A stretch of 59,705 nt of DNA from Burkholderiales bacterium (GCA_035476235.1 DATILQ010000266.1:1-59705), one strand, 5' to 3'. Positions 1 through 9,035 are shown, numbered from the stretch's first letter. The notes: a model not told the origin generated them from the letters alone. Numbers and translations: made by a program.

Positions 1-1208
1 CTTCAGCCTTGGCAAGTGCGCCACACAGGATCACGGCCGAGTACAGCTTTCCGTACCTGGCGCACACGCCGATGGAGCCGCTCAATTGCACCGTCGACCA
101 CCGCGGCGACCAGTGCGCCGTCTGGGTCGGCTCGCAGTTCCAGACCGTCCACCAGGCTGCTGTCGCGGCGGTGCTCGGGTTGAAACCGGATGCGGTGGCG
201 TTCAACACCATGATGGCCGGGGGCGGCTTCGGCCGCCGCGCGGTCGGGAATTCCGACTTCGTGGTCGAGGCCGCGCAAGTGGCGAAGGCACGCTTCGCAA
301 CAGGCCGTCGGGGTCCCGTGAAGATGGTGTGGGCGCGCGAAGACGATGTACGCGGTGGCTACTACCGGCCGATGCACCTGCATCGGGCTGAAATCGGCCA
401 CGACGGCAAGGGCAAGGTGCTGGCGTGGAAGCACGTGATCGTCGGCCAGTCCATCATGTCGGGTGGCCCGTTCGAGCCGTACACTGTTAAGGACGGCATC
501 GAATCGACGATGACCGAGGGTGTGGCCAGGAGCGCCTATCCGTTCCCAATAGCCCTCGAAGTACACCACCCGAAGGTCAACGTGCCGGTATGGGCGTGGC
601 GCTCCGTGGGGCACTCGCACAACGCGTTCGTGATGGAGACCCTCGTCGACGAACTGGCGCGCGCGGGTGGGCTCGATCCCGTGGCCTATCGCCGCACATT
701 GCTGCGCCAACACAAGCGGCATCTGGCGGCGCTGGATCTGGCCGTCGAGAGATCAGGCTACGGAAAGCGGCGCATGGCGCCGGGCCGCGCTTGGGGCGTG
801 GCGGTACACGAGGCTTTCGACACCGTCGTCGCCTACGTGGTCGAAGCTTCGATGAAAGGCGATCAGCCCGTGCTGCACCGGGTGACCGCTGCCGTTCACT
901 GCAACATGCCCGTCAATCCGCGCACCATCGAGGCGCAGGTGCAGGGCGGCATGATGATGGGACTCGGGACCACACTGCCCGGCGCGCAGATTACCCTCAA
1001 GGACGGCGTGGTGCAGCAGAGCAACTGGAACGACTATCGGCTCGCGACCCACGCCGACACGCCGCAGGTCGCTGTCTACGTCGTGCCATCCGCCGATCCG
1101 CCGACCGGCATTGGTGAATGTGCGGTGCCGGCCATCGCACCCGCGCTCGCCAATGCGATGTCGGTTTTGACAGGCAAGCGGTATCGCAGCCTGCCATTCA
1201 GCGCGTAA
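1..1208 (+). CDS. Molybdopterin-binding subunit of a xanthine dehydrogenase/aldehyde oxidase-family enzyme (IorB-like), C-terminal part; 5' end lies outside the window
   Basis: Frame-3 ORF is open from the window edge (the listed start at 9 is TTG). The translation shows typical C-terminal blocks of this family (GGGFGRR, VHCNMPVNPRTIEAQVQGG, PTGIGECAVPAIAPALANA). Confidence 0.85.
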   Translation, partial: SALASAPHRITAEYSFPYLAHTPMEPLNCTVDHRGDQCAVWVGSQFQTVHQAAVAAVLGLKPDAVAFNTMMAGGGFGRRAVGNSDFVVEAAQVAKARFATGRRGPVKMVWAREDDVRGGYYRPMHLHRAEIGHDGKGKVLAWKHVIVGQSIMSGGPFEPYTVKDGIESTMTEGVARSAYPFPIALEVHHPKVNVPVWAWRSVGHSHNAFVMETLVDELARAGGLDPVAYRRTLLRQHKRHLAALDLAVERSGYGKRRMAPGRAWGVAVHEAFDTVVAYVVEASMKGDQPVLHRVTAAVHCNMPVNPRTIEAQVQGGMMMGLGTTLPGAQITLKDGVVQQSNWNDYRLATHADTPQVAVYVVPSADPPTGIGECAVPAIAPALANAMSVLTGKRYRSLPFSA

Positions 1209-1260
1209 CGGGCTTTGGCGCGAAAGCCGGAAGTCAGCGCGTCGGCTTTGGTCAGGTCTT

Positions 1261-2157
1261 TCAAGCCCGCGAAGTAGTTTCCCGACTATCAATATCTCGT
1301 TTGCGGTGCGTCAACCGGGCACCAGCTTGTCCTGGAGAGCTAAGGAGCGACCGGATCCGTTCCGCATCCGCCGGCGTCTCCGGACTGTAGACGACCATGC
1401 TGAGATCGGGCCGGCCGTCGACGGCGAAGGTCGAGTATTCGAGACCGATCGGTCCAGCGACCGCGTGCCGCACCTGCTTGGCGGTCTCGCCGTACGTGCT
1501 GCGCACGTCGTTCTCGCGCCACATGGCGTCGAATTCGGGGCTCAGCCGGCTGATCTCATCGACCAATGCTTCCACTTTCTGCGCCGCGCCGGATCGTGCG
1601 ATATCGGCGCGGAACGCTGCGACCACGAACCGGGCGTCACGTTCCCAATTGGGCATCGCTGCGGAAATGCCGGGGTTGCAGAAGAGCAGGCGCAGGATGT
1701 TGCGTTGCTCGGGTGCGAGCGCTCCGTAGTCGGCGAGCACCACCGACGCTGCGCGGTTCCAGGCGATGATGTCCCAGGTGGAGTTCCGCACGTAGGCAGG
1801 GCTGAGCTCCAGCGAGTCGAGCACGCGTTGTAGACGTGGGGTCACTCCCTCTACTGGGTGGTAGCGGACCTCGGGCGGCCGGCCCAGCGCGAGCAGGAAG
1901 AGATGCTCGCGCTCGTCCTGCGTCAGCATCAGCGCGCGGGAGATCCGGTCGAGCACTTCGGCCGAGGGCGCGCCGCCTCGTCCCTGTTCGAGCCACGTAT
2001 ACCAGGTCGGGCTGACGTTCGCGCGCTGCGCTACTTCTTCGCGCCGCAATCCAGGCGTGCGCCGACGCCGCATCGGAAAGCCGAGCGCTGCCGCATCGAG
2101 CTTTGTGCGTCGATCTCTCAGATACGTTCCAAGTGCGTTGTCGCGCGCTACCGGCAT
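1261..2157 (-). CDS. MmyB-like XRE-family helix-turn-helix transcriptional regulator
   Basis: N-terminal HTH (LGTYLRDRR...[25 protein letters not shown]) followed by an MmyB-type C-terminal ligand domain. Divergent from an SDR gene, a common arrangement for this family. Confidence 0.85.
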   Translation of the reverse strand: MPVARDNALGTYLRDRRTKLDAAALGFPMRRRRTPGLRREEVAQRANVSPTWYTWLEQGRGGAPSAEVLDRISRALMLTQDEREHLFLLALGRPPEVRYHPVEGVTPRLQRVLDSLELSPAYVRNSTWDIIAWNRAASVVLADYGALAPEQRNILRLLFCNPGISAAMPNWERDARFVVAAFRADIARSGAAQKVEALVDEISRLSPEFDAMWRENDVRSTYGETAKQVRHAVAGPIGLEYSTFAVDGRPDLSMVVYSPETPADAERIRSLLSSPGQAGARLTHRKRDIDSRETTSRA

Positions 2158-2174
2158 GCTGAGCCTGTCAGTCC

Positions 2175-2210
2175 TTATACCCGTATAACGTCACTACTTC
2201 ACCCGTATAA
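2175..2210. promoter_or_regulatory. Candidate operator: ACCCGTATAA direct repeat (2179-2188 and 2201-2210), the first copy inside the palindrome TTATAC-CC-GTATAA (2175-2188)
   Basis: Read directly in the 99-bp divergent region between the MmyB-like regulator (start 2157) and the SDR gene (start 2257). The copies are 22 bp apart, about two helical turns. Confidence 0.35.
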
Positions 2211-2256
2211 GACTCGCGCCGATAGTACACCCTCGTTCGGATATCGGAGGTTTCTT

Positions 2257-3165
2257 ATGCGTGTCTTTGTTACAGGAGCGACGGGATTCATCGGCTCGGC
2301 CGTCGTCAGAGAACTCATCGGCGCGGGACACAAGGTGCTCGGCCTGGCGCGCTCGCCTGCAGCAGCAGCGTCGCTCGCTGCGGCAGGAGCCGAGGCACAT
2401 CGCGGCTCGCTCGACGATCTCGATAGCCTGCGCCGCGGAGCGGCCGCGGCGGACGGCGTGATTCACACCGCGTTCATCCACGATTTCTCCAAGTTCAAGG
2501 AAAACTGCGAGATCGATCGTCGCGCGATCGAAGCGCTCGGCGCCGAGCTCGCTGGCTCGGAGCGTCCCTTGATCATTACCTCCGGTACCGGGCTGCTCAA
2601 TCCAGGCCGCGTCGCGACGGAAGACCATGCGGCCGATTCATCGATTCCCCGCGTCGCATCGGAGCAAGCGGCAACTGCAATGGCGGAGCTGGGCGTACGC
2701 GTCTCGGTGGTGCGCCTTCCTCCATCGGTCCACGGCGACGGCGATCACGGCTTCGTGCCAATGCTGATCGGTTTCGCGCGCGAGACGGGAGTTTCGGCCT
2801 ACGTCGGTAACGGCCTCAATCGGTGGCCGGCGGTGCACCGACTCGATGCTGCGAGCCTCTTCAGGTTGGCCGTCGAGAAAGGGGCCGACGGCGCGCGGTA
2901 TCACGGCGTCGATGAAGAAGGCGTGCCGTTCCGGGACATAGCCGCGGTTATCGGCCGCCGCTTGAATGCGCCGGCCATTAGCAAGACGCCCGAGGAAGCT
3001 GCCCGCCACTTCGGCTGGTTCGCGCACTTTGCAGAGCTCGATAACCCCTCGTCGAGTGAGCGGACGCGGAAGGTGCTGGGGTGGCGGCCGAAGCAGCCGG
3101 GCCTGCTTACCGATTTAGACCGGCCGGCGTATTTCGATACCCGTAGACACTTGGTGTCTGCTTAA
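2257..3165 (+). CDS. NAD(P)-dependent epimerase/dehydratase-type (atypical SDR) oxidoreductase
   Basis: The ATG at 2257 is preceded by GGAGG (2246-2250). The N-terminus [20 protein letters not shown] is a Rossmann GxxGxxG motif. The longer listed ORF (from 1858) overlaps the regulator gene and is rejected. Confidence 0.85.
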   Translation: MRVFVTGATGFIGSAVVRELIGAGHKVLGLARSPAAAASLAAAGAEAHRGSLDDLDSLRRGAAAADGVIHTAFIHDFSKFKENCEIDRRAIEALGAELAGSERPLIITSGTGLLNPGRVATEDHAADSSIPRVASEQAATAMAELGVRVSVVRLPPSVHGDGDHGFVPMLIGFARETGVSAYVGNGLNRWPAVHRLDAASLFRLAVEKGADGARYHGVDEEGVPFRDIAAVIGRRLNAPAISKTPEEAARHFGWFAHFAELDNPSSSERTRKVLGWRPKQPGLLTDLDRPAYFDTRRHLVSA

Positions 3166-3175
3166 GGAAAGATCC

Positions 3176-3931
3176 ATGCGTCTCTCTGGCAACACCATTC
3201 TCATTACCGGCGGCACCAGCGGTATCGGTCGCGCGCTCGCCGAAGCTTTCTATCGGCGCGGCAATCAGGTGATCATTGCCGGCCGCCGCCAGGCGCTCCT
3301 CGACGAGATCACTATCGCTCATCCGGGCATGCACGGAATGCGGCTCGACGTCGAAGACTCCGGCGGCGTAGATGCGTTCGCGGCCGCCATCCGGGAAGAG
3401 TTCCCGAAACTCAACATTCTTATCAACAACGCCGGGGTCGCGAGAATCGAAGACCTGACCGCCGATCGCATCGATGTTTCCGTCGCGCGGTCTGTCATTC
3501 AGACCAATATCATCGGCATGATCCAGCTCACCGCGGCACTGCTGCCGGCCCTGAAGCGGCAGCCAAGCTCGACGATCATCGCGACCACATCCGGCTTGGC
3601 CTTCGTTCCTCGAAACAACTTTCCTACCTACTGCGCGAGCAAGGCCTTTCTTCACTCCTGGCTGCAGTCGGTACGCTTTCAGCTCAGAGAGACGTCGGTC
3701 AAAGTCCTCGAGCTTGCCCCGCCGTACGTGCAAACCGAGCTTGGTGGGCCGCATCAGGCCACCGACCCCGACGCGATGCCGCTCGCCGACTATGTTGCGG
3801 AAGTGATGCAGCGCCTCGGCAATCCAAGCCCCCCGGAAGGCGAAATCCTCGTGGAGCGGGTCCAAGCGCTGCGGTGGGCCGAAAGAAACGGCGTCTACCT
3901 GCGAATGTTCACCGCACTCAACGCAGACTAA
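3176..3931 (+). CDS. Classical short-chain dehydrogenase/reductase (DltE-like SDR)
   Basis: TGGTSGIGRA cofactor motif, NNAG motif and YCASK catalytic motif. Lies 10 bp downstream of the previous SDR gene. Confidence 0.9.
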   Translation: MRLSGNTILITGGTSGIGRALAEAFYRRGNQVIIAGRRQALLDEITIAHPGMHGMRLDVEDSGGVDAFAAAIREEFPKLNILINNAGVARIEDLTADRIDVSVARSVIQTNIIGMIQLTAALLPALKRQPSSTIIATTSGLAFVPRNNFPTYCASKAFLHSWLQSVRFQLRETSVKVLELAPPYVQTELGGPHQATDPDAMPLADYVAEVMQRLGNPSPPEGEILVERVQALRWAERNGVYLRMFTALNAD

Positions 3932-3936
3932 TTGAC

Positions 3937-4185
3937 ATGCGCACCGAACGCTTGGTCCCGTGTCCGCCGAAGGACGTCTGGGCGACACTTATCCAGCACG
4001 CCGCGCTTACGACGCGCGGCGCTGTGCTCATGCTTGGCGGTTGCGACGCCGGTTTCGCGGCCGACATCACGGTCTATCAGTCGCACAAGGTGCTCGAATG
4101 CGTGTGCGGCGAGGACGCCCTACGCTGGGAGCTTCATGCGCGCGGAAAAATGACGCTGGTCGTCTTTCGCGTATCGCGGATGTAG
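3937..4185 (+). CDS. Small ORF with weak SRPBCC-like N-terminus; possibly a remnant
   Basis: Internal ATG of the 3874-4185 ORF. MRTERLVPCPPKDVWATL resembles the first strand/helix of SRPBCC proteins, but 82 aa is too short for the fold. Confidence 0.25.
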   Translation: MRTERLVPCPPKDVWATLIQHAALTTRGAVLMLGGCDAGFAADITVYQSHKVLECVCGEDALRWELHARGKMTLVVFRVSRM

Positions 4186-4207
4186 GACTTCTACCATGGT
4201 GCGACCT

Positions 4208-4615
4208 TCAGGGAAGGTGAAGGACGGGGCCCAGCGCCAAAGAGCCGTCACCGAGAAGGGACAGGGCGACCAGGCCGACGATCCAGAACGCCGGATATTC
4301 CCAGCCGCCGTCTTTGTTGCTGAATAGCCAGCCGTTCTTCCCATGCACCAGGACGATTGTGCCGGCGATAAGCGGCACGAGGAGCAGTGCTATCCATCGC
4401 GTCTCGATGCCAAGAAGCAGGAGCGTACCGCCGCCGATCTCGGCTGCGATCGTGAGATAGGCGAGAAACCCGGGCACGCCGAGCGATTCGAAGTACTTTG
4501 CGGTGCCTGCCGGCGTGAACACTTTGATCTTGAGCCATGCGTGCGCATAGAACATAACGGCTAGGGAGACGCGCAGCAGCAGGGCCGCATCCGCGGCGAG
4601 ATCTTGGTTGGTCAT
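4208..4615 (-). CDS. DoxX-family inner-membrane protein
   Basis: The ATG at 4615 is preceded by GGAGG. The 135-aa protein has four hydrophobic helices and DoxX-like blocks (LLLRVSLAVMFYAHAWLK, AEIGGGTLLLLG). Confidence 0.85.
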   Translation of the reverse strand: MTNQDLAADAALLLRVSLAVMFYAHAWLKIKVFTPAGTAKYFESLGVPGFLAYLTIAAEIGGGTLLLLGIETRWIALLLVPLIAGTIVLVHGKNGWLFSNKDGGWEYPAFWIVGLVALSLLGDGSLALGPVLHLP

Positions 4616-4780
4616 TTGTCCTCCGAACTCCAATATTACTGCGCCAAGCCGATTTGTTTCATGAAGTCCTGGTTGTCCCAGAACAGCCATTCGTGGTCCA
4701 TCGTATCGCCTTTCCAGTGCCCGATGGTGGCCATGCCGATCGCGAAGCGCTTGCCGGTCGGCTGGATGAACTTGCAAGCG

Positions 4781-5347
4781 TCACAGCGCGGAGAGATAGC
4801 GCGCGATGGCGTTGCGTTCGCGCTCGGTCAGCATTTGCATGAATTTCGGCATGTCGAGGTTGTTGGTCCGCTGCTCGGCCGCAAAGGCGCGCATTGCCGC
4901 GACTAGGTATTCATAACTGAGCCCGGCCAGCCTGGGCGCCGGCATGCCACCCTGGAAGTTCGGCTGATGACACGCCTGGCACTGCGCGATGCCTTTCGGC
5001 GCTGACGGCGCTTTTGCGCGCGCGCTACGCGCTGGCCAGGTCTTGGCCGCGAAATAGGCAGCGAGGTTGCGAAGGTCGGTCTCGGCCAGGTCCTTGGCGA
5101 TGGGTGACATGACCGCGCTGTTGCGCTCGCCGTTCCGAAAGTCGCGCAACTGCTTCATCAGGTAGCTCTGTTCCTGACCCCAGATGACAGGGATGGTCTT
5201 CGGGTCGGTAGGAACGCCTTTGTCGCCATGGCATGCCGCGCAGAGCTGCGCTTTCGCCTCGATCTCATCCGCGGCATGTGCAGGCGGGATGGCGAGCGCA
5301 AGGCTCATCCCCATTTCCAAAATAGCCGAAAGGAAGCGTGCGAACAT
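4781..5347 (-). CDS. Periplasmic diheme cytochrome c (c4-like)
   Basis: Signal-peptide-like N-terminus and two CxxCH motifs (CAACH, CQACH), each followed by a distal Met region. Confidence 0.85.
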   Translation of the reverse strand: MFARFLSAILEMGMSLALAIPPAHAADEIEAKAQLCAACHGDKGVPTDPKTIPVIWGQEQSYLMKQLRDFRNGERNSAVMSPIAKDLAETDLRNLAAYFAAKTWPARSARAKAPSAPKGIAQCQACHQPNFQGGMPAPRLAGLSYEYLVAAMRAFAAEQRTNNLDMPKFMQMLTERERNAIARYLSAL

Positions 5348-5404
5348 ATCCCCTCCCCGTTGCCCGGGTATGATAGGTGAGTCGAGCCCCGTCAGGAGAG
5401 CCCC

Positions 5405-7060
5405 ATGCGAGCCAGACTGATGTTGACACTAGCCGCCACTGCCGCCGCGATGGCTCTTCCTCCGGCCATCCATGTTGTCCGCGCTCAAGGTCAGGCGGCC
5501 CTCGCCGGCATCGTCAGCTCCGAGCCCGAAGGCAAGATGGAGGGCGTCGTCGTCACCGCCCGCCGGGCCAAATCGATCGTCCAGGTCAGTGTCAGCACCG
5601 ACGCGGACGGCCGCTACAGCTTCCCGCGGAACCGGTTGGAACCTGGCGAATACACGCTCAGCATCCGCGCCGTGGGCTACGACATCGATTCCCCGGCCAA
5701 GGCGACTGTAAACGGGAAAGCCGCGACGGCCGACATCAAGCTGAAGAAGACAAGGAATCTCGCCGGCCAACTCACCAACGCCGAGTGGATGATGAGCATC
5801 CCCGGCACCGAAGAGCAGAAGGCCGGACTGCTCAATTGCGTCGGCTGCCACACGCTCGAGCGTGTCATGCGCTCGACGCACGATTCCGACGAGTGGACGC
5901 GCGTGATCAGCCGCATGATGGGCTATGGCGCCGTAAGCCAGCCGATCAAGCCCCAACCCATGCTGGATCGCGCTCGCGCGGGAACGCCCGAGCAATATCG
6001 CAAGCTGGCCGACTATCTCGCGACCATCAACCTGAGCGCTGTCGACCGATGGCCGTACGAACTGAAGACGCTGCCGCGTCCCAAGGGCCGTGACACTCGC
6101 GCGATCGTCACCCAGTACGACGTGGTGCGGCCGACGAGCGAGCCGCACGACGTGCTGGTCGATAAGGAAGGCAAGGTCTGGTACACCGATTTCGGCGAGA
6201 TGTTCATCGGCAAGTTCGATCCGAAGACGCTCAAGCTCGTCGAATATCCGATCAAGAAGTTCAAGGAAAAGGCGCCGACCGGACTGCTAAGCATCGAGTT
6301 TGATCACGAAGGCAAGATCTGGTTCGACACGATGTATCAAGGCTCGCTCGGCTGCCTCGATCCCAAGACCGGCAAGATCGCCTATTACCCGCTGCCGCCC
6401 GAATACAACAACGACACCGTGCAGCTCAACTTCACGGGACTGCGCTACGACGTCGACGGAAAGGTGTGGACCAAGAGCGTGGGCACGCAGCACATCTTCC
6501 GGCTCGATCTGAAAACCAGCAAATGGGAGCGCTTCCACCCGACCGACTACCTCCCGGAGAGCGCGCCCAAGAACGCTACCATCTATCAGGTCATTTCGGA
6601 CTCGCAAAACAATCTGTGGATGGCCGAATTCACCGCGGGACATCTGGGCAAGATCGACGCCAAGACAACGAAAGTGACGTGGTACCCGATACCCACGCCG
6701 AACGCTCGCGCCCGCCGCATGGTCATCGACGACCAGGACCGGATCGTGGTGACTGAATATCGCGGTAACAAGGTCGCGGTATTCGACACCAGGGCGGAAA
6801 AATTCACGGAGTACGATTTGCCGCCCCGCACATATCCGTACCGGGCCAATTTCGACAAGAACGGCGAAATCTGGGCGTCGACGATGCACACCGACCGGGT
6901 CGTACGGCTCGATCCCAAGACCGGCAACGCTGTGCAATACCTGATGCCGTCCGACACCAATATGCGCACGGTGTTCGTCGACAACTCGACGACGCCGACG
7001 ACGTTCTGGGTCGGCAGCAACCACGACCACCGGATCGTTAAGGTCGAGCCACTCGACTAA
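5405..7060 (+). CDS. Secreted protein: carboxypeptidase-regulatory-like beta-sandwich, single CxxCH heme-c motif, and a Vgb/SMP-30-like beta-propeller
   Basis: Signal peptide; GVVVTARR...DADGRYSF...GEYTL block; CVGCH at about residues 145-149; then repeated blade-like segments (GKVWYTDF, GKIWFDT, NLWMAEF, RIVVTEY, GEIWAST). Confidence 0.8.
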   Translation: MRARLMLTLAATAAAMALPPAIHVVRAQGQAALAGIVSSEPEGKMEGVVVTARRAKSIVQVSVSTDADGRYSFPRNRLEPGEYTLSIRAVGYDIDSPAKATVNGKAATADIKLKKTRNLAGQLTNAEWMMSIPGTEEQKAGLLNCVGCHTLERVMRSTHDSDEWTRVISRMMGYGAVSQPIKPQPMLDRARAGTPEQYRKLADYLATINLSAVDRWPYELKTLPRPKGRDTRAIVTQYDVVRPTSEPHDVLVDKEGKVWYTDFGEMFIGKFDPKTLKLVEYPIKKFKEKAPTGLLSIEFDHEGKIWFDTMYQGSLGCLDPKTGKIAYYPLPPEYNNDTVQLNFTGLRYDVDGKVWTKSVGTQHIFRLDLKTSKWERFHPTDYLPESAPKNATIYQVISDSQNNLWMAEFTAGHLGKIDAKTTKVTWYPIPTPNARARRMVIDDQDRIVVTEYRGNKVAVFDTRAEKFTEYDLPPRTYPYRANFDKNGEIWASTMHTDRVVRLDPKTGNAVQYLMPSDTNMRTVFVDNSTTPTTFWVGSNHDHRIVKVEPLD

Positions 7061-7064
7061 GCTG

Positions 7065-7101
7065 CGGCACCGTCGCGACCGCGCCGATAATGCCGGTGCC
7101 G
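7065..7101. terminator. Inverted repeat CGGCACCG(7065-7072)/CGGTGCCG(7094-7101) between convergent genes; possible bidirectional terminator
   Basis: A perfect 8-bp stem is visible, but the loop is 21 nt and there is no T-tract. Confidence 0.25.
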
Positions 7102-7127
7102 AGGAGGCTGTTGCTATCCGCCACGAG

Positions 7128-7340
7128 CTAACTGCAGCAGGATTTTTGCGCCTGGATCGGAGGGCACTTCACCGAGCCGAACGAGCAGAAGACGCAGCAA
7201 TCGCCGGCGTTCGGCTTCAGCACGGCTCCGCAGCTCGTGCATTGATAGAAGAACTGGCAAGCTTCCGTCGGCATGGTTTCCGACTTGGCGAACCCGCACT
7301 TCGGGCAGGTGAGGACCGATTCGAGGATCGGATCGCTCAT
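7128..7340 (-). CDS. GDCCVxC-domain small cysteine-rich protein (mer-operon-associated family)
   Basis: 70 aa with CPKC, CTSC and GDCCVFC motifs. Its start overlaps the merP stop by 4 nt. Confidence 0.8.
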   Translation of the reverse strand: MSDPILESVLTCPKCGFAKSETMPTEACQFFYQCTSCGAVLKPNAGDCCVFCSFGSVKCPPIQAQKSCCS

Positions 7341-7615
7341 TGTCTCGGCGTCGATGGATAGCCGGCATTCGCCGTCGCCTTGATTAGAGCGTCGACGTTG
7401 GTCTGGCTGTCGTCGTAGGTAACCACGGCTTCCTTGGTCTTGAAGCTCGCGTCAACCTTGGAGACTCCCTGAACCCTGGAAATGGCCTTTTTCACCGTTG
7501 CGGGGCACATTTCGCAGTACATACCCGGGACGGACAGGGTGACGGTTTTCACCTCGGCCAGGGCAGCCGACGAAGCGAAGGCGAGAAAGGCAATCACAAG
7601 GGTATTGCGAAGCAT
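7337..7615 (-). CDS. merP: Periplasmic mercury-binding protein MerP
   Basis: Signal peptide plus an HMA fold with GMYCEMC (canonical GMTCxxC). Located directly downstream of merT. Confidence 0.9.
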   Translation of the reverse strand: MLRNTLVIAFLAFASSAALAEVKTVTLSVPGMYCEMCPATVKKAISRVQGVSKVDASFKTKEAVVTYDDSQTNVDALIKATANAGYPSTPRQ

Positions 7616-7624
7616 GATTTCTCC

Positions 7625-7975
7625 TTAGTACAAAAGCGATGCGTAGTACGGATAAGTGAGCATGACGAGGAACACGGCAGCGACCATCCAGAAGCCGATC
7701 TTGTAGCCGCGTTTGACCTTTGGCACTGCACACGCGGCGCCCGGCTCGCAGGCTTGCGCCGGCCGGTAAATGCGGTTCCATGCGAATCCGAGCGCGATGA
7801 TCGCGATCCCGATGAACACCGGGCGATAAGGCTCCAGGAGCTGCAGACTGGCTAACCATGCTCCGCCCATGCCGATACTCACAAGGACGAAAGGCACGAC
7901 ACAACACGCGCCGGCGAGCAACGCGGCAATTCCGCCCGCGGCGAGCGCAGCCGACTCCTGAGGCATTTTGTCCAT
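7625..7975 (-). CDS. merT: Mercuric ion transport protein MerT
   Basis: 116 aa with three TM segments, a CC pair in TM1 (GACCVVPFVL) and a second Cys pair (CEPGAAC). Confidence 0.9.
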   Translation of the reverse strand: MDKMPQESAALAAGGIAALLAGACCVVPFVLVSIGMGGAWLASLQLLEPYRPVFIGIAIIALGFAWNRIYRPAQACEPGAACAVPKVKRGYKIGFWMVAAVFLVMLTYPYYASLLY

Positions 7976-8009
7976 CCGCGCACCTGTGCAAGTTTGCTGA
8001 GCGAGAGTA

Positions 8010-8040
8010 AGCTTATTTCCGTAGTTGACTACGGAATCAA
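8010..8040 (-). promoter_or_regulatory. MerR-type promoter/operator for merT: TTGATT -35 (8040-8035), 19-bp spacer holding the dyad TCCGTAG-N4-CTACGGA (8018-8035), TAAGCT -10 (8015-8010)
   Basis: Read on the minus strand as TTGATTCCGTAGTCAACTACGGAAATAAGCT. This architecture matches the classic mer operator (Tn501 TCCGTAC-N4-GTACGGA within a 19-bp spacer). Confidence 0.75.
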
Positions 8041-8049
8041 GAGGCCCTT

Positions 8050-8559
8050 ATGGCGGAGCAAGCGGTGGAGATCAAGATCGGCGCGCTCGCAGAGCAAAGT
8101 AGCGTGCACGTGGAGACGATCCGGTACTACCAGAGCTTGGGACTGATGCCGAGACCGGTGCGGGCACACGGCGCAGTAAGACGCTATGGCCAGGACGCCG
8201 TGGACCGCCTGCGCTTCATCAAGCGGGCTCAGGGCCTCGGATTTTCACTGGACGAGGTGAAGCTTCTGTTAGGGCTATCAATCGGCGAGCATTGTCGGGA
8301 GACGCGCACCCTCGCGGAGCGCAAGCGAGAACTCGTCAACAAGAAAATTACCGATCTGCGCGCGATCCAGTCGGCATTAAATACGCTTATCGCGGCATGC
8401 GGCACCGGAAAGCACGGGCGTGGATGTCCAATCATCGAAAGCCTCTCCACCGAGGAGCGCCGCCGATCTCCCGATGCCGGAAACAATCGACGAGGTGATC
8501 GTTTACCATTCCAACCGCCTGCATGTACGCATAAGCGACCGTTGGGCCGACGAAGCTGA
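8050..8559 (+). CDS. merR: Hg(II)-responsive transcriptional regulator MerR, with an unusually long C-terminal tail
   Basis: N-terminal HTH (IGALAEQSSVHVETIRYYQSLGL) and the three metal-binding Cys in the expected places (GEHC..., ACGTGKHGRGCPIIESL). Divergent from merT. Confidence 0.9.
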   Translation: MAEQAVEIKIGALAEQSSVHVETIRYYQSLGLMPRPVRAHGAVRRYGQDAVDRLRFIKRAQGLGFSLDEVKLLLGLSIGEHCRETRTLAERKRELVNKKITDLRAIQSALNTLIAACGTGKHGRGCPIIESLSTEERRRSPDAGNNRRGDRLPFQPPACTHKRPLGRRS

Positions 8560-9031
8560 ATCCCCGGTGCTTGAGGTCCTTGCTGAATGCCTCGGATTCG
8601 GGCGAAGTCGCCGGAATCTGCCGCGTAGCCTTCCAGTGGTTGAGCTTCGGCCGCCCGCCGACAAAACCCCAGCAGTAGGAGTCAAACTTCCCGAACTCTT
8701 GCTGGATCTTGAGAAATGCACGTGCGTTGCGCACAGCGGCTTCGATCTTCATCCGGTTGCGAATGATCTCCACATCGGAGGCTAGACTCTCGATTTTTCT
8801 CTCGGAGTAGCGCGCGACTTTCTCCGGATCGAACTTGTCGAACGCGCGGCGATACCCTTCCCGCTTCTTGAGCACGAGCGACCAGTTCAATCCCGCCTGC
8901 GCGCCCGATAGGACGAGGACCTCGAAATGTTTGCGGTCGCTATGAACCGGGACACCCCATTCCCGGTCGTGATATCGGAGTAGCAGAGGACCATCCACGC
9001 TGGCCCAGGAGCAGCGCTTGTTTGTTCTCAT
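8432..9031 (-). CDS. tag: DNA-3-methyladenine glycosylase I
   Basis: Starting at the internal ATG at 9031, the protein reads MRTNKRCSWA...LLLRYHDREWGVP...LSGAQAGLNW...GPTVAYAYMQAVGMVNDH, typical of Tag. Confidence 0.9.
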   Translation of the reverse strand: MRTNKRCSWASVDGPLLLRYHDREWGVPVHSDRKHFEVLVLSGAQAGLNWSLVLKKREGYRRAFDKFDPEKVARYSERKIESLASDVEIIRNRMKIEAAVRNARAFLKIQQEFGKFDSYCWGFVGGRPKLNHWKATRQIPATSPESEAFSKDLKHRGFSFVGPTVAYAYMQAVGMVNDHLVDCFRHREIGGAPRWRGFR

Positions 9032-9035
9032 GTCC

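Noticed and set aside
1209-1232. Hairpin GGCTTT-GGCGCG-AAAGCC after the molybdopterin-subunit gene as an intrinsic terminator
   Set aside because: The stem is only 6 bp and no T-tract follows, so the evidence is too weak to call.
7128-7340. Possible selenocysteine (in-frame TGA) in the GDCCVxC-family gene
   Set aside because: The frame has no internal TGA and the motif is encoded as GDCCVFC with cysteines, so this is the Cys form.
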